Below are positions 13,401 through 27,900 of a DNA stretch of 64,000 nucleotides, in pieces (the stretch's first letter is position 1; every line of letters begins with the position of its first letter). The DNA comes from Veleropilina oligotropha (lineage: Eukaryota). The stretch spans positions 62,001 through 126,000 of the forward strand of contig JBEUKZ010000126.1 of the NCBI GenBank assembly GCA_048128005.1, given 5' to 3'. The position numbers were made by a program, and so were the translations under genes. Under the pieces are notes generated by a model, which was not told the origin of the DNA, did no database searches, and worked only from the letters and a program-made list of their open reading frames with translations.

Positions 13401-16400
13401 ATGAAAATAAAAATGTTACCCTGTGGCTTCTCATTTGATATGTACATTTATCCTGTTCGCTATCACAATATCACACTCGACTTCGTCTCGTGTGATATTT
13501 TCAAAGCTCACAGGATAAACGTACATATCAAACTCGCCGCTGCAGGATAACGTTATATGGTTTGATATGTGAACGGTTAACTCTGCATTCCATCCTGATG
13601 TCACATTTAACACCCTTGAGGGTGTTAATATTGTCGGGGAGGAAAACCCACCAGCTTGGACGATTAATGGAGAAAAATGCCTATGCTGAAACCAGCCAGC
13701 GAGTCAATGCAGGCAGCTCTAGACAAGGTCTGTTGACGAGTGTCGTCTGCTTACCTGCAGATATGGGCAGTAATCGGCCAGAGACACGGCTCCCCCAAAC
13801 TTACTCGTCTCGTTACTGGATATACCCGGTATCACTCTGAAATACTGCATAAAACATCATATATTAATTAAACAACAATACATAGCATCCTCAGACATTG
13901 GAACACTTAACCTGTGTTTTGTTTCATGATATGTCAGGGTTGCCACTCTTATAAGATTTCAAAATTCCCTGACTATTATATGTCTTTTCCCCGACTCAGC
14001 GTCAGTTTTCCCTGACCTGCGTGCAGGCGCGGATCCAGGAATTTTGCTTAGGGGGGCGCTGAATTTTATATCAACTGTTCGCATGGGGGTGGGCGTGAAA
14101 GAAAATTTTGACAATCAACAGCCTGAAACCCCTCTCCTGCACTCTGACAGGGCAAAAGCGATATTTCATTCTAACTTTTTATGAACCACCGTCACTCAAA
14201 TAGCACGAGTCAAATTTCTATTTTGTGCATATGAAAGGAAAATGCCAATTTTCCCTGACCATTCCTGAATTTCCCTGACTTTTCACAGAATTCCAAATTT
14301 CCCTGACCAATTCCAAAATTCCCTAACTTTTCCCTGACCTTGAATTTCCCTGACCAGTGGCAACCCTGTATATAATGTCATGTTATCGTGGGAGGAAAGC
14401 CTCATCGCCCGGTAAAACCTGTCTGCATCAGCCAATTATGGACAAATGTGGCTGATAAATGCACAGTGCCTCGCCAAGGATATGACCCCCTTTCTGCGAA
14501 TCAGAGCAGTCAGGCAAGTGAATTGGGTATGCCATGCTCTAATCTACTGCTCCACCAGGCTGATGGGACAAATGCCAGATATTGTAGATCATATTTCGGT
14601 ACAGCAATCTCTGTTAAATTTATTTTAACAATGATTTATTCATCATATGAAGTCGATCAACATTTGGCTGATGAAATGAAATTACGCCGAGTGAAATGAA
14701 GAGAGTGGAAATCCGTAATACAATGGCACTACTGATTGGGACGTAGAATTTTAGTCACATCGCCTGGTTTAACATCTCTATCTGATCAGACGGTTATGTC
14801 TAAGGCACTGGCTCTGTGTCCGTGTTAAAGCATCCAAGACCTGATCGGCTTCAATGAAACTTAGTTTGACGAGAAGAAAAGAATAATGGACCTTGTCATG
14901 AACAAGAACATGAAAATAAATTTAACAAAACATTTATCATTTTCGGTATACGTGCTTGTTTAACTGTTTGTGTGCTCACACCCACGATCATGGCTTTGAC
15001 GTACAGTGCGTAGCGCCAAGAACGTGGCTTCACTGACATTGCCATAGTAATATGGTGATTGCCATAGAAATATGGTGATGCATACTTAATTGTTATCACA
15101 CAATGCTTAGACTGCTTTCTAAAACGTCTTGCATAATGTATTGGATGTCATTTTAAGCACATATTAGAAGCACTGTATAAATTTACCTGAGCCTCAAATG
15201 GTTAACAGACAACACGTATAGGTTACTAACCAAGTTGGAGGTATTCATCGATTTCAAAGACCTAGCTGCGCCCGTGCGGATCGTGACACCGAGACCGCGA
15301 AGCGGTCGAGGTGTTACCGCACGGAAGCAGGTCTTTCAAATCGATGAATACCGACTAACGAGGTTTGTAACCGACTTACACAATGGCCAATTAGCTCCTT
15401 TGTTGTCAATTTCTCTTGTGATCAGCTTTAGCCGTCATGCACAGATGCAGGTCGGTATAGAGTGAAAAGTAGGGTGGTATGGCTATAGCACCCTACTTTT
15501 GAATCGTCATTGAAAACAAGGTGTTCACGCTGAATACCAACCTCTTCAAAACAAAAGAGCCGTTGTGTAAAAACGGATACTATCATGAGATTGGGGTACA
15601 AGAGATGACGAATGATAGGATACCTACCTGATACTGTGCTGCCAGAGATTTTGGGTATTCCACCAGATTACATAATCCCACGGACAGGCGGTCTCGGGTG
15701 CATTCCGTGCGGAGCTGGCCTACTTTGGCTTGTTCACAAAATGGATGAATATCTTCTTTTCTGTTGTCAAGCAAACAAGTATGTATACTTTATATACAAT
15801 ACCATATCCATAAAAATGGTGACGGGGAAATGTATTAAATGATATGAAATTACACTGTTATAGGATAACATCAGGACAATATGCTTCATATATACACTAA
15901 GTCTTATAATTAGATACATCTATAATTTGATCACTACTTTCTACTTTCTGAATTGTTCAATATTGTTGTTTCCTAGGCTAGCACATTACAAAATATTTGC
16001 TACTTCACTGTCAATGGGCACTAGCATAAATAATAATATAAGCTGTCGAGCGACGTCGCAGTAAATATGGTGCATTGAATACCGCATGAAGTTGAACAAC
16101 GTAATAAGTTATTCAATGCACCGTGTTTACCAAGACGTTGCTCGATAACGTATTTATCTTGCTTTGACATTGATAAACTTACGAAACAAACTCCTGAATT
16201 GGTTCATAACGCTGTTTTTATTTATACCGTGATGTATTCAAAATGGCAGACGACAAACTTCAGTAACACCTACTCAATGTTTTCCAAGTGAGAATAGTTT
16301 GATTGACAGGCGTCGTATGATATCAGCGATGGTTTTAGCCTCCATATACCACGTCTGGCTGGGGTTTATGGAAAGTAGTAAAATGACATCAGCCAATCAG

Positions 16401-19400
16401 AAGAGAGGATATGCAGCCAAAGCAAGATAAACTGCATTGTCCAATATGACCAGATAGAGGCAGTCCTCTACTGATAAAAGTATTCTTAACTCTTTCATCA
16501 CTGAGTATTCCAGAGAACAATAGTCATACACATTGAATATGCTGGCTGAATTCCAGACATCTTTCTCGTATGTCTTATGTGATATCAACAGTTTCCATTG
16601 AATAACTTAATATGGAAAAATATATATTTTTATGATATGGATATAATGGGGATCTTAAGTATATTTAGCTGAAATGTTTTTCTCACCAACTTAATTACAG
16701 ATGAGATGAGGTAGATATATATTTACGAAATAATGACGTCATTTATATGATTTAGGTATTCGTTAGTTGGCCACTTGCATATATAGATAATCCTTTTATG
16801 AATACAATTTAAATAAAACATTGAATAACGTAACAGTATCTTTCAAAATGAATTCTATATCATTATTACTATTAGTTGCATTGAAAATACAGATGAAATG
16901 TGACTCTCTTGTGACCAGAAAATAGTAAAAATAAGACAATAACATTGTTAACGTCATAGTCCGCTATAGCGGGCTGCCATGGTGAAAGGTGACGTCATTT
17001 TCTGCTCGCTATAGTGGGCTGCCGTGATGAAAGGGTTAAAAGAAATAATGCGATATTCCATTTCGCCTGCATATTCACACATCTTCAGCATACAACTTGA
17101 TTTCTTATTTGAATCGCGTAGTTATACATTGTAACTTTTTTCAGTCATATTGTATTCAGGATCCGGCCGCTTCGGCAGCGCAGTGGGTAAGAGTGTCCAC
17201 TCTAAATTCACTGGCTTGATTCCGATAATGCAAACAGTAGTGGGTTCAATACCTGGCTGAGGCATTGACATTTGTTAAAGTTATGAATCACAGTTGTCCG
17301 CGACTGCCCGAAGAGGGCGGGTTTACCCGGGCGACCGCGGTTTCCTCCCGCGATAACACGGACATGTCCTGCCTTGAACCACGATGTTGTAAATATACAG
17401 GACATTAAGCATCATTCCTCCCTCCCTGTATTCAGGATCCGATTGATCGGGGAATCTAACTCAGGTAGCTGGCATTCAACACTGAATGACTACATCTATC
17501 TGCACTCGACGCCCTTACCTTGCACGACGAGATAACATCCATTCGTAGCAGCTTTTTTTCACAAAATCACAACCAAGATTTTTTCCCCATTTATAATCCC
17601 CAGCATTCTCGTATTTCACCTTGTACCACCTACGTGGAGAGATGTTTAATTGTTTAGTTAATATTGTCACCACCTACGTAGAGAGATGTTTAATTGTATA
17701 GTTAATATTGTCAGTAGGATAGTAATCGGGCACAATGAGCTTGTATTAAAGGATATCACTGCAAATTTGTTTGAAATGTTTCATTTTGCAAATACATCAT
17801 CGGGTTGCTATAATTTATTAAATCAAACTTCATTATCAGGCAAATATTTCACAAAACGTCCTTATTTAAGAAATCAATTAATAACTTGTAACTTGATAAA
17901 AGATTGTATAAATCCAATTATCAACCTACAAGTCATATCTGTACATTCCTTTATAGACATACAAGTTACTCATAACTATGAACAGTCAAGCGCCATGACA
18001 AATTTCTCAACATGGTAATATGTAATAATGTGGCCCACAGTCAAGCGCCATGACAATTTTCTCAATATGGTAATCTGTAATGTGGCCCATGTTCTGAGAT
18101 CTTCCACACTCACCCTGTGTCTTCCATTAAAGCTAACGTTATTCTGGAAATGACGGGATTCTGAGTGTACGTCCCTGTCATGGCCTCATTCTGAAAGTGC
18201 AAACGACTATACAATGCCGATATGACAAGTGATCGGAAAAGGAATCACAATACAAGCTAGAATTTGAAAAAGTAATATGTATTAGTGTCGTTTTGAACAA
18301 CAGACTATTTCAATGACATTTTTTCAATGACGTTCGCCATAATATCAAATTAAAGCAATTACATAAAATACAAATTCATCCATTTTATTTCCACATCCGT
18401 CACTAAAGACATGCTCTTGGTTCAAACCATTTTCCCTAAAAATAATCGATACTGTACATGCATATGGGACTTATGATTTTACCATACCTCAAACACGCGT
18501 TTCTCCCAGTGCGTCAACGACGTGCCATCGATTCCCTGGTCTTCGAGTTCCCCACCTTCCAGCGACATACAGCTAAAATGGCGACGAACCTCCGTCTAAA
18601 AATGAAAATTCATAAATAAAGCCTTTACTTGTCATGATTGAATAAATAATGTTCAACTGAAACTAAGCAAATGGTGATAATACTAATAACGTAGTAGATA
18701 CTAATCTGCTGCAACTTTGTAATAACCTAAATAAAATCGCTTCATTTAACTTCTCCAAATGATGCTAACATCACAAATATATAAACCTAAAAGCTTTAAA
18801 TAAATTGCTATTTGCATAACTCAACACATAGTAATTTTAAAAATATTTATTAACGTGTATACATTTGGCTTAAGAATATTGGGGCAAACACTGCTAGCAC
18901 GATAGAGATTGAATAAGTAAACTATCCTGCAAAGCCAAGTTGCGTGGACTGGACACTGTACACTCATGTGCACAGACTGATGCCCTGTACACCGACGTGT
19001 GCGGACCAGTGTCCTGTACAAATGGCTGTATAGGATTGAATACATGTACCGAGTTAACGCTGCAAATCCAAGTTGCGTGGACTGGACGCCCTGTACACTC
19101 ATGTGGAAATATACAGGAAATATGCCCTGTACACTGATGTGCGCGGACCAGTGTCTTGTACAAATGGTTGCCTATGATGGAATACAGAGTTAACCCTGCA
19201 CAGTTCAATGCACGGGCAGAAGCCCTGTACATGACCAATGCCAGATTCTAATAAACATTGAAACCTGCGAAGTCCAATGCACGGATCTTGGTTATATATC
19301 CTCAGATACGAATTAGTTTTTGGGGGTGAATTGCAGTCCTACTCCAGGACGCAAACAATACCAACGTAATATGCATTCCAAATATAATGTTTAGTGATAT

Positions 19401-21937
19401 ATATATTAAAACGCTAACAGCCAAGTTTCCCATAACAAGCACAGAATGTGTGCAATAACCTGCGTCATAAGCAAAATTTCTACTGTGAAACATGTGTGAT
19501 ACATATAATACAGACCATGTTTCTGTATGATTTCATAGAATTCACAAATTGGTTTTCAAGAGTTACGCCCCTTTGACAGACTTAGTTAACTATAATAAAG
19601 TTGATTAATTATAATTTAATAAAGTATGCAAAATCTTAAAATGTTTAACTGTTATACCTCTTTTACTACTGTGAAACATGTGTGATACATATAATACAGA
19701 CCACGTTTCTGTATGATTTAATATTTATTCATCAAAGAGGCTGTCATGGTAATTTGCTATTCTGTTAGGCAGCATCTCTCAATTCATACATCAAGTGGTC
19801 ATGCACTTTTTTCAAATTGGCTTGTTGTCGAAGTCGCCTAAAAGGTGGAAGATCTGGTTGAAATCATTTCAAAATTGTCTTCCCCCCAAGAAGAAGAACA
19901 ACAACAACAACTTACATGTACCATTCATTGACCCTGCTAGACGCAGGTAAAAACGACAAATTGGTGGTTGTAAAGTGTAAACACGGGTTGGTGGTGGGTG
20001 CATTCAATTCACCACTAAGAACCAACTGATGATGCTGGAACTGCTGACCTACAGTATGTGAACCCCGTAGTGTAGTATATTGACCAATCAGAAACATCCA
20101 CACATGCCAACCTCATTAATATGTATATAAATTGTGTTGTCATAAATAACATATGCTTGAAACTGTAAACAAACAGATGCATACCATAGAATAAACAGAA
20201 GGGTGTCCGTCATGCAAACAACGCTAAATATTTTAGCTACCATATCAGTAGTTACTTTCTTATTATATGACTCATTATCGTAACTTTTATCAAAATGTAC
20301 TCTACATTACTGGAAATATAATAGCGTCCTTGGCTACGGACATTCAACTGTGGCTACTATGATGCATGTTCACATCTTGTGGCCACCACCGCTTATTATA
20401 ATGCCTCAAACAAATAGTAAGGATGTCTTAAAAACATGTTACTATCATTGGAACGGAGACGCTATCCGAGGTATCCACTACAATATGACTAAAATTTCAT
20501 GGTCGAAAACTAAGAGATTCAAATCAAATATAATAGACAAGTATGTTATTGGCTATTAGCTGAATTTGTCAATACATGTATCTGATTCACCGGGCTATTA
20601 ACCACAGACTGTTCTCAGCATCCGATTGGCTGCAAACAGCTATTCTCAGTATCTGATTGGTCGCATACCTTTACGTTGGGTGTGACCATCATCTTCACCA
20701 CGTGGCGATACGTTCCAGACATCAGCTTCCATTGAGGCCGGACGACGTCTTTGATGGTCTCATCGCTCCACTGATACAGGCCTAGTCTGCATCCAGAAAT
20801 AAAACTATACGTTCAATATACTTCCCATAGTGTGATCATACACAAATAATATTCCTCAGGGATCGGATCGTTGCTTTAAATAATGTCCTGTATATTTCCA
20901 ATCATCATTTGGTTCAAACCAGGACGTCGTATTATCGCGGTAGGAAAGCTCGGTCGTCAGGGTAAACCCGCCCTCTTCGACCAGTCACGGACAACTGTGA
21001 TTCATAACTTGAACAAATGGGTGTGCCTCAGCTGGGGTTCGAACCCACTACTGTTCGCATATTTCTCAGAATTGAACCAACAACAGTTGTTAGGTATGAA
21101 CGTACGTTCTGTTGTAGAGTGGCTTGCCAGACAGAGGTGACCGCAGTGTGAACGGGTCGCCGTTACTTTTTCTGTAAAAGGCATACAGGCCAGCTGTAAA
21201 GCCCTGAAAGATGAACGCATGAAATAGTATTCTATTTGCAGAAAATATCAGCAGTAATACAAATATACTAAAACAATGATAATGGTCCATAAAAACTCTT
21301 CATAAGGATATTATTTATTCTTAAAATATTGATTATTCGACACCATTGAAGTTTCATCACATCAATCCTGGTAACACTCACAAAATACAAGTAACTAACT
21401 TAAAATTTATCTTTTTTTGACATGCATATCAAATAGTAACAATACAAAATTGCTAGAAACTAACTGCAGAAAAAACATTTTATCAAGTATTAAGTCAACA
21501 TGAAATACGATAAATAAATATTAAATTTATTTTTGATATATTTCTTCATCAATTGGTCAACTTGATTATTAAAATAAAAGTCATTGGACACAACTTTGTG
21601 TAACTTGAGATAAAATAAAGTGGAATACATTAATGTCAGGTCCTTATTTAATTAAGTAATTGTTATACATGAGTGATTTAACATAAATATTTCGAAAATA
21701 TATATCAGGTCATAAAACTGTTCATTAATAGTACTAGCTATGGTACCCGTCTTCGCCGGGCAAGTCCCCCCACCCCAATTTTTTTTTTTTTTTTTTTGGA
21801 TAGTGCTCCCTTAAATATTTTTTTTTTTTCCCGAATTTTCCGAATTTTTTTCGTGGTAAACCTTCCTTGGGGGACCCCGATTAACCCCCCAAAGTTTGAA
21901 GGTCCTAGGTCAAAGCGTCTGGGAGGAGTTCAACTTG

Positions 21938-21972
<35 letters not shown>

Positions 21973-24900
21973 ATTATAGCTCCATTATATTAAGATTACA
22001 TTACCAATGCATGAAGAATTTCATGTTTTATCGTTGATAATAATTCTTCCTGGCGCTCGGTCGATATGGAGTCAGGACAGATGCTGAAGTAGCCAGCTAC
22101 TGGTCTAAAATAAACCAATCAAAACACACTTTGAAACATAAACACAGTTGTAATGTCAAGAACAGAGCATGTCTGATAACAATTCATAATAATTACTATA
22201 ACATCACTTTAATTTAAAATACATTGACAATTTGATATTCCAAGGATAATTTTTATTCAACTTCAAATAATAAATACATGTACATGTATTAATAATAAAT
22301 TGATAACATAATATAATTATGTATCATTCATCAAGTTACTGATAAGTTAAAAGTCAAAATCCAATATTCTATAATATGCAATTTATGACATTGTTAAAAG
22401 CAACATTTATACAAATAATTTGCTTTATGAAAATAAAATTCGAACCTGTCAAGAGCTTTCTCCTGCTGACAGTAGGCAGCGTACGCTACTGTGCTGCCAT
22501 GGCGACAGCGTTCTGATTGTATGGCCGCCACGTACAGAATGAAATCGGTGCTGTTGATGCCTGCACTGGAGAGTCCGTCCGTGTTGAAGCCATCGATGTC
22601 GTCCCAATAGTAGCATTTCTAAAATTAAAACATTTCTGTGACGTCATCTATTGTTCTGGGCAGTTGTTTATTCTGCCTATTCAATCGAAGGACAAAGCTT
22701 TGTTGGCCCAGCCGTTGAATAGTTGCAAGGCATTCAACTAATCAACGGCAATTAAGACTTTCATTCAAATAATCCACTCCAATTAACTACAATAGAGGTA
22801 CCTGGTGGGGAATGAGGCTATGTTCAATGGTGAAATGTTTTAAGTGACATAAACTACTGGATAGCGTTGAATAGTTCAGAGAAAACACTCCTGTCTCGGG
22901 CCTCACGGCCCTCGACAAGTCGTGTATTCTCTGAACTATTCAACGCTATCCAGTAGTTTATCCATTACTTAAACCATTACCACCTCATTCACATGTGACG
23001 ACATCATGATCATTTTTAAAAGATTGTAAGCAATAACTAGCCTAAACTTCAGCTTAATAGGGGATAACAATATTATGAGTATCTCAGAATTCCAAGAACA
23101 TCGTATCTACGTCTTGTATGAAAGTGGACTTCTGATAATGGCGCTATATCCACTATTTTGGATACATGTAGACTAGTAAATTTCTATAACATGGTGTGAG
23201 GCATGACATGTTTTAACTTTGTTAACGGTGCTACAAAACACAATGTGCCAGTACCGTAGGAAACATCAATATATTTGGATGAGGTGTGTGCATCATTGAC
23301 ATAAATTTCAGAAAGATGAAAACGGCAGGACACATTATGGAGTCAATGTCGCAATAATTTATTGTCCATAACTGGTCAGAGCGGACAGGTTCTCATCCAG
23401 TGACAATACCAATCATGATGATTCCTAAGTATGATAATAAAAGGTGCCAAAAAGAGACATAAAGCATAGACTCAAACCAAAAGTTAAAGAATTATTGTTG
23501 AAGAGGGGAACTGTGTTAACGAGGGAAATTTCTAATTAAAATTTTGATAAATCTTCAAACGCGGTGGTTACTGTTCTTGAGCAAGTCAAGAGATAGAGTA
23601 TTCCAATTCAATTATCTCCAAAGTGTGCCACACATGTTTCGTTAATCAATGCCCTTGTTTTACTATTACCTCCAGATGATTTTTCGGAATCTCAATGTCC
23701 CCGCATATGGTTTTCGTTGCACAACCATTAACGCAGTAGGTCACCTGATTCTTGTATCGTACCTGAGTCGATGCGCATTGCCTAAACAAAGCATAACCAA
23801 TGTAAACTCTACTACTTCATGTTATTGCGATATGATGATAGATTAAATTTAAGTGAATAATGGTAGTGTAGTACGTGACAACACTACCGCTTCAAGAATT
23901 ATGTACGCTGCATTTTCAGCAAATGTTATTTTTTATCAATGTTCATAAATCATAATTTCAGTCAGGCAAAGTCGAAAATTGGAAGTAAAATCATACACCA
24001 AACCCCTGAAAATTACATTTTTTTTTTAATAGTGAAATCTTGGGAAGATAGTTGAATATTTTTCTTGGAAATTTGGGAACATTCCAAGCTTTTGATAAGC
24101 GTCGATAATATAATCGCAGTGTGACATATATGAACAAATTCGGGGTAAGTTACAAACAATGAAAGTTTAACATGACAACGGTACGGTAACATTAAATATA
24201 GGATTTTAAAATTTGTAAAATAACCTCATAATATTTGTTTTCTTTTCTTTTCATCGGTACCAGTACTTTAAGTGTTTATCCTTTATCTTCGTAAGAGAGT
24301 GCTTTTGATAATACATTTTTTTAAATTGTGAGCAAGCATGCATTTATATGATAAATTTATGTTCAATCGTGACAGATTCAAAGATTCCTTTAATGCCATC
24401 GCATGGTACCTTCGGAGCAGTATCGGTACATTAGTGGCTCGGACCAGCAGGGTGTCAGACCAGTACCGGACTGCCTGGGGCAGAAGTCGATCCTACAAAA
24501 CAATAGCAAAGTATAAAGCACCTTTATTGTAATTCCTTGTCATCGATTGGTTAAAAACAGGTCGCGTGACATACTGAAAAACGTCGTATTGTGTGCTACA
24601 ATGATATTGTAGACTGGCTGTTTCCCAAAATAGCTATTGATTGTTAAAATTCATTCTATTGGGATTTTTTGTTCCTTTTTTAAGAAAATCGCATTCTGAG
24701 GAACCTTTTTTAATAAATTCGCATTTTGCAGGTATTTTTTAATAAAATCGTATTTTGGAGGGAATTTTTTAATTTTTTCAAAAATTGACAGCTTGTAAAA
24801 AAATAATAATTTATATAAAAGCAATTGTCCATCTACTATGGACCTTGGTTACGTAATGACCAAGGTCCGCAGTAGACGGACCAAAATGTCGTAATCGTTT

Positions 24901-27900
24901 CGCAATTTTTTGTTTCAAAGTAGGTAAATCTATATTTACTATTTATTATCTAAGTGATTCTTGAAACCATGAACAATTTATTCCATAATTGTGTAGCATG
25001 TTGATTTCGATCGATCCATGATTTTATCGCAAGAACAATATCGACCTTGGACTACGTTCTTGGTTGGTGCGATAAAATCATGGATCGACCTCATCAAGAG
25101 CTATAATTGTATATTATCACATATCTAGTTCATTTTCCCATAGTGCAACACTGTCTTATTCTTCGTAATACACGCGTGTCATAAAGACTGCTTGAAATGT
25201 GATTGGATGATTTATTGAATGAAATTAGAACAGCCAATAGAAATGCGTGTCATTAAAGGTCGATCGCACTTCTTTTTTTACTGCATATTATTTATTATAA
25301 TGTCATATCATGATTGCCGCCAATATTTTTAATAGTTAAAAGATTTTTAACTTACTTTGGAACAGGATAGTGAAGCGCTGATCGACGTTTCGACTACTCA
25401 AATAGTAGTCTTGATCACGTAATGATCTTGTTGGCCGCAAGGGGCGCTCAGGTAGCAGGCTGTGGTAGATGGCGGGCAGCTGGTATCCCTGGTCACGGTT
25501 CATGGTTGGCGGATGTAGATGGCCTCCTTGACTTTGCGTTTGGTCGTCAGGTTCACGGGTGAGAATTGAAGTGTTGCTTAATGACACCGAGTGGCCGGTG
25601 GTTTGGCAGTGATCACCCACACCCATAGGCTTATCGAGGTTGGTGTGTTCCTTGAAGCGAGTCGCCAGGGTATGCTTGGTTTCCCCGATGTATGAGTGGT
25701 CAGGGGACTGATCGCAATAGATATGGTATATGACCCCGCATTTCTTCTCGTCTGGGGTACGGTCCTTTGGGTGTACCAATATAGATCTTAAGATTATTGG
25801 TCGGTTGATGGTAGGTTTTGATACCGTAAGACTTGTAAATCCGAGAGAGTTTCTCGGACAAACCTTGCACGTAAGGTATACCAATTAAAGGTGGCCGATG
25901 TTGTGACATGTTCAAGGCGATCGTGTCTGATGCTAGAGGACGTGATTTGGGCTTAGCGATGTTGAGGGCCGTTTCGGCATAACCATTGGCATGTAGCGCA
26001 CTCCTCACATGCTCATGTGCCTTGCATTGGTCCGGTTTCGTCGTGATGTAGTTGTCCGCTCTGCTTAATACTGTGCGGACAACAGATCGTTTGTGTTCCA
26101 GCGGATGGTGCGAGTGAAAGTTTAAATACTGGTCCGTATGGATGGTTTTATGGTAAACAGTAATTTTAGTGGTACCAATGTCAAGGATGTTGATGCACAG
26201 GTCGAGAAAAGGGAGTTTGTTGTCGATCTCTGTTTCGATGGTGAACTGAATGTTCGGATCGATACAGTTGATGCGAGCTGAAAACACTTCTACGTCGTAT
26301 TCGTGGATCTTCACAAACGTGTCATCCACATAGCGCAGCCAAATAGATGGGCTAACTGGCGAGGTGGATAGGGCTTTGTGTTCGAAATCTTCCATGCATA
26401 CAAGCGGCCAACAAGATCATTACGTGATCAAGACTACTAGCTGAGTAGTTGAAACGTCGATCAAAGTTTCACTATCCACTTGGAACCAATAACAATATCT
26501 TCTCAACCAATATTTTTAATGTTGACATTGTGGCGGCGATAGTGGAAACATTAAATTTTATAGCAACTGCTACAAAACAACAACATGGTAGAGATTATTA
26601 GTTGAGCCGTTTACGGATAAACTATTGTATTGAGGCTGTCTGTGTGTCTGTCTGTCTGTGTGGTGGTGTATGTCCACGATGACTTTACATGGCTCAACTA
26701 TGCTTCCTCTCGGATGCGCTTGTTGGAACTTATTTCGAGGTAACGAGATTGCAGATGCAACAATCACATTTATGCAGGAACGTATCTCCACGATAGCAGA
26801 CGTTAAATGACAGATTCAAACCGGTCGGCGACACATATCTATATAGGTCCCTCGTTACTGTTTTTGGTAGATAGTTTCAAATCTTAATGAAAATTGTTAT
26901 TCTAATATGTTCATATAGTTTATATCAAGTTATATCGGTTCATTTTCAAAGAATATTTGTTAGTTATTAATGCCAATTAATCAACTACTTTCGCACTCTT
27001 TTTAGAGGGCATTGTTACTAATGTAATGTAATGAGTCAACACGATGTCCTTTTGTATTAAACTGTTTACATATCACTTCGCCATATTGTCGCCTTCACTC
27101 TACTGCTGATTCTCTGCATCGGTAAGGCAATTTCATTAGATTGTAGTTTGTTTTTTACCAAACAGCGATATGTAATAAATAGAACCTCACACTCGTGGTA
27201 ATGTAATATCACATTTATGAAACTCGTTTAACTAATTTTCAAGCCTCGGAAAATATGAAAATTAGTTAAACTCGTTTCATAAAATTAATGTGATATTACA
27301 TTACCATTCAAATGAGATTCTCTATTTATCACAATTAGTGAATCTGACTGAATGGGAATAGGTCTGGATCGATGCTTAATCATAATGCCATGTGTTTTAC
27401 ACCCTTCAGTCATAGCTGGACATGTCCATATTATTGCAAGCATGAGGAAAACCCAGTCGCCCTGGGAAAATCCGCCCATACCGTCCAGTTACAAACAATT
27501 GTGTAAAAGGAAACAATGACCGCTGAAGATTCGACCCCACACCTGTTAATCAGTGAATTCACTCGACAACCGGTCCAGGGGAATTATTTATTTATTTTGC
27601 TTTACGTCTATAAATTCTGTTTTAAATTAAACTGGAAAATGCACATGACATTGTGCTTTTTGATACATATGAATTATAGATGAGTACACCACGGTGCGCT
27701 ATATATTTATTACAGAACATATCGTGATCAATCATTCTTCAACATATCAGACCAGTGCATGCATGAATATTATATGTAATTGTGGATACATTAGGCAATT
27801 GCATCCAATATGTATGAACATCGTCTGTTATACATAGATAGAAACGTATGCTTAATAACATTTTTGAATAAATTCATCACTGGTACAATAATATTCTTTT

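Larger units (their letters stand above)
25334..26506 (-). mobile_element. 5'-truncated Penelope-like retroelement (Penelope/Poseidon type): RT C-terminus + GIY-YIG endonuclease, with an inverted pLTR fragment
   Basis: ORFs 25700-26395 and 25336-25884 read [28 protein letters not shown] and [18 protein letters not shown], with frameshifts. 26404-26477 is an inverted copy of 25365-25437. 14-bp TSD CCAATATTTTTAAT (25320-25333 / 26507-26520). Confidence 0.92.
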
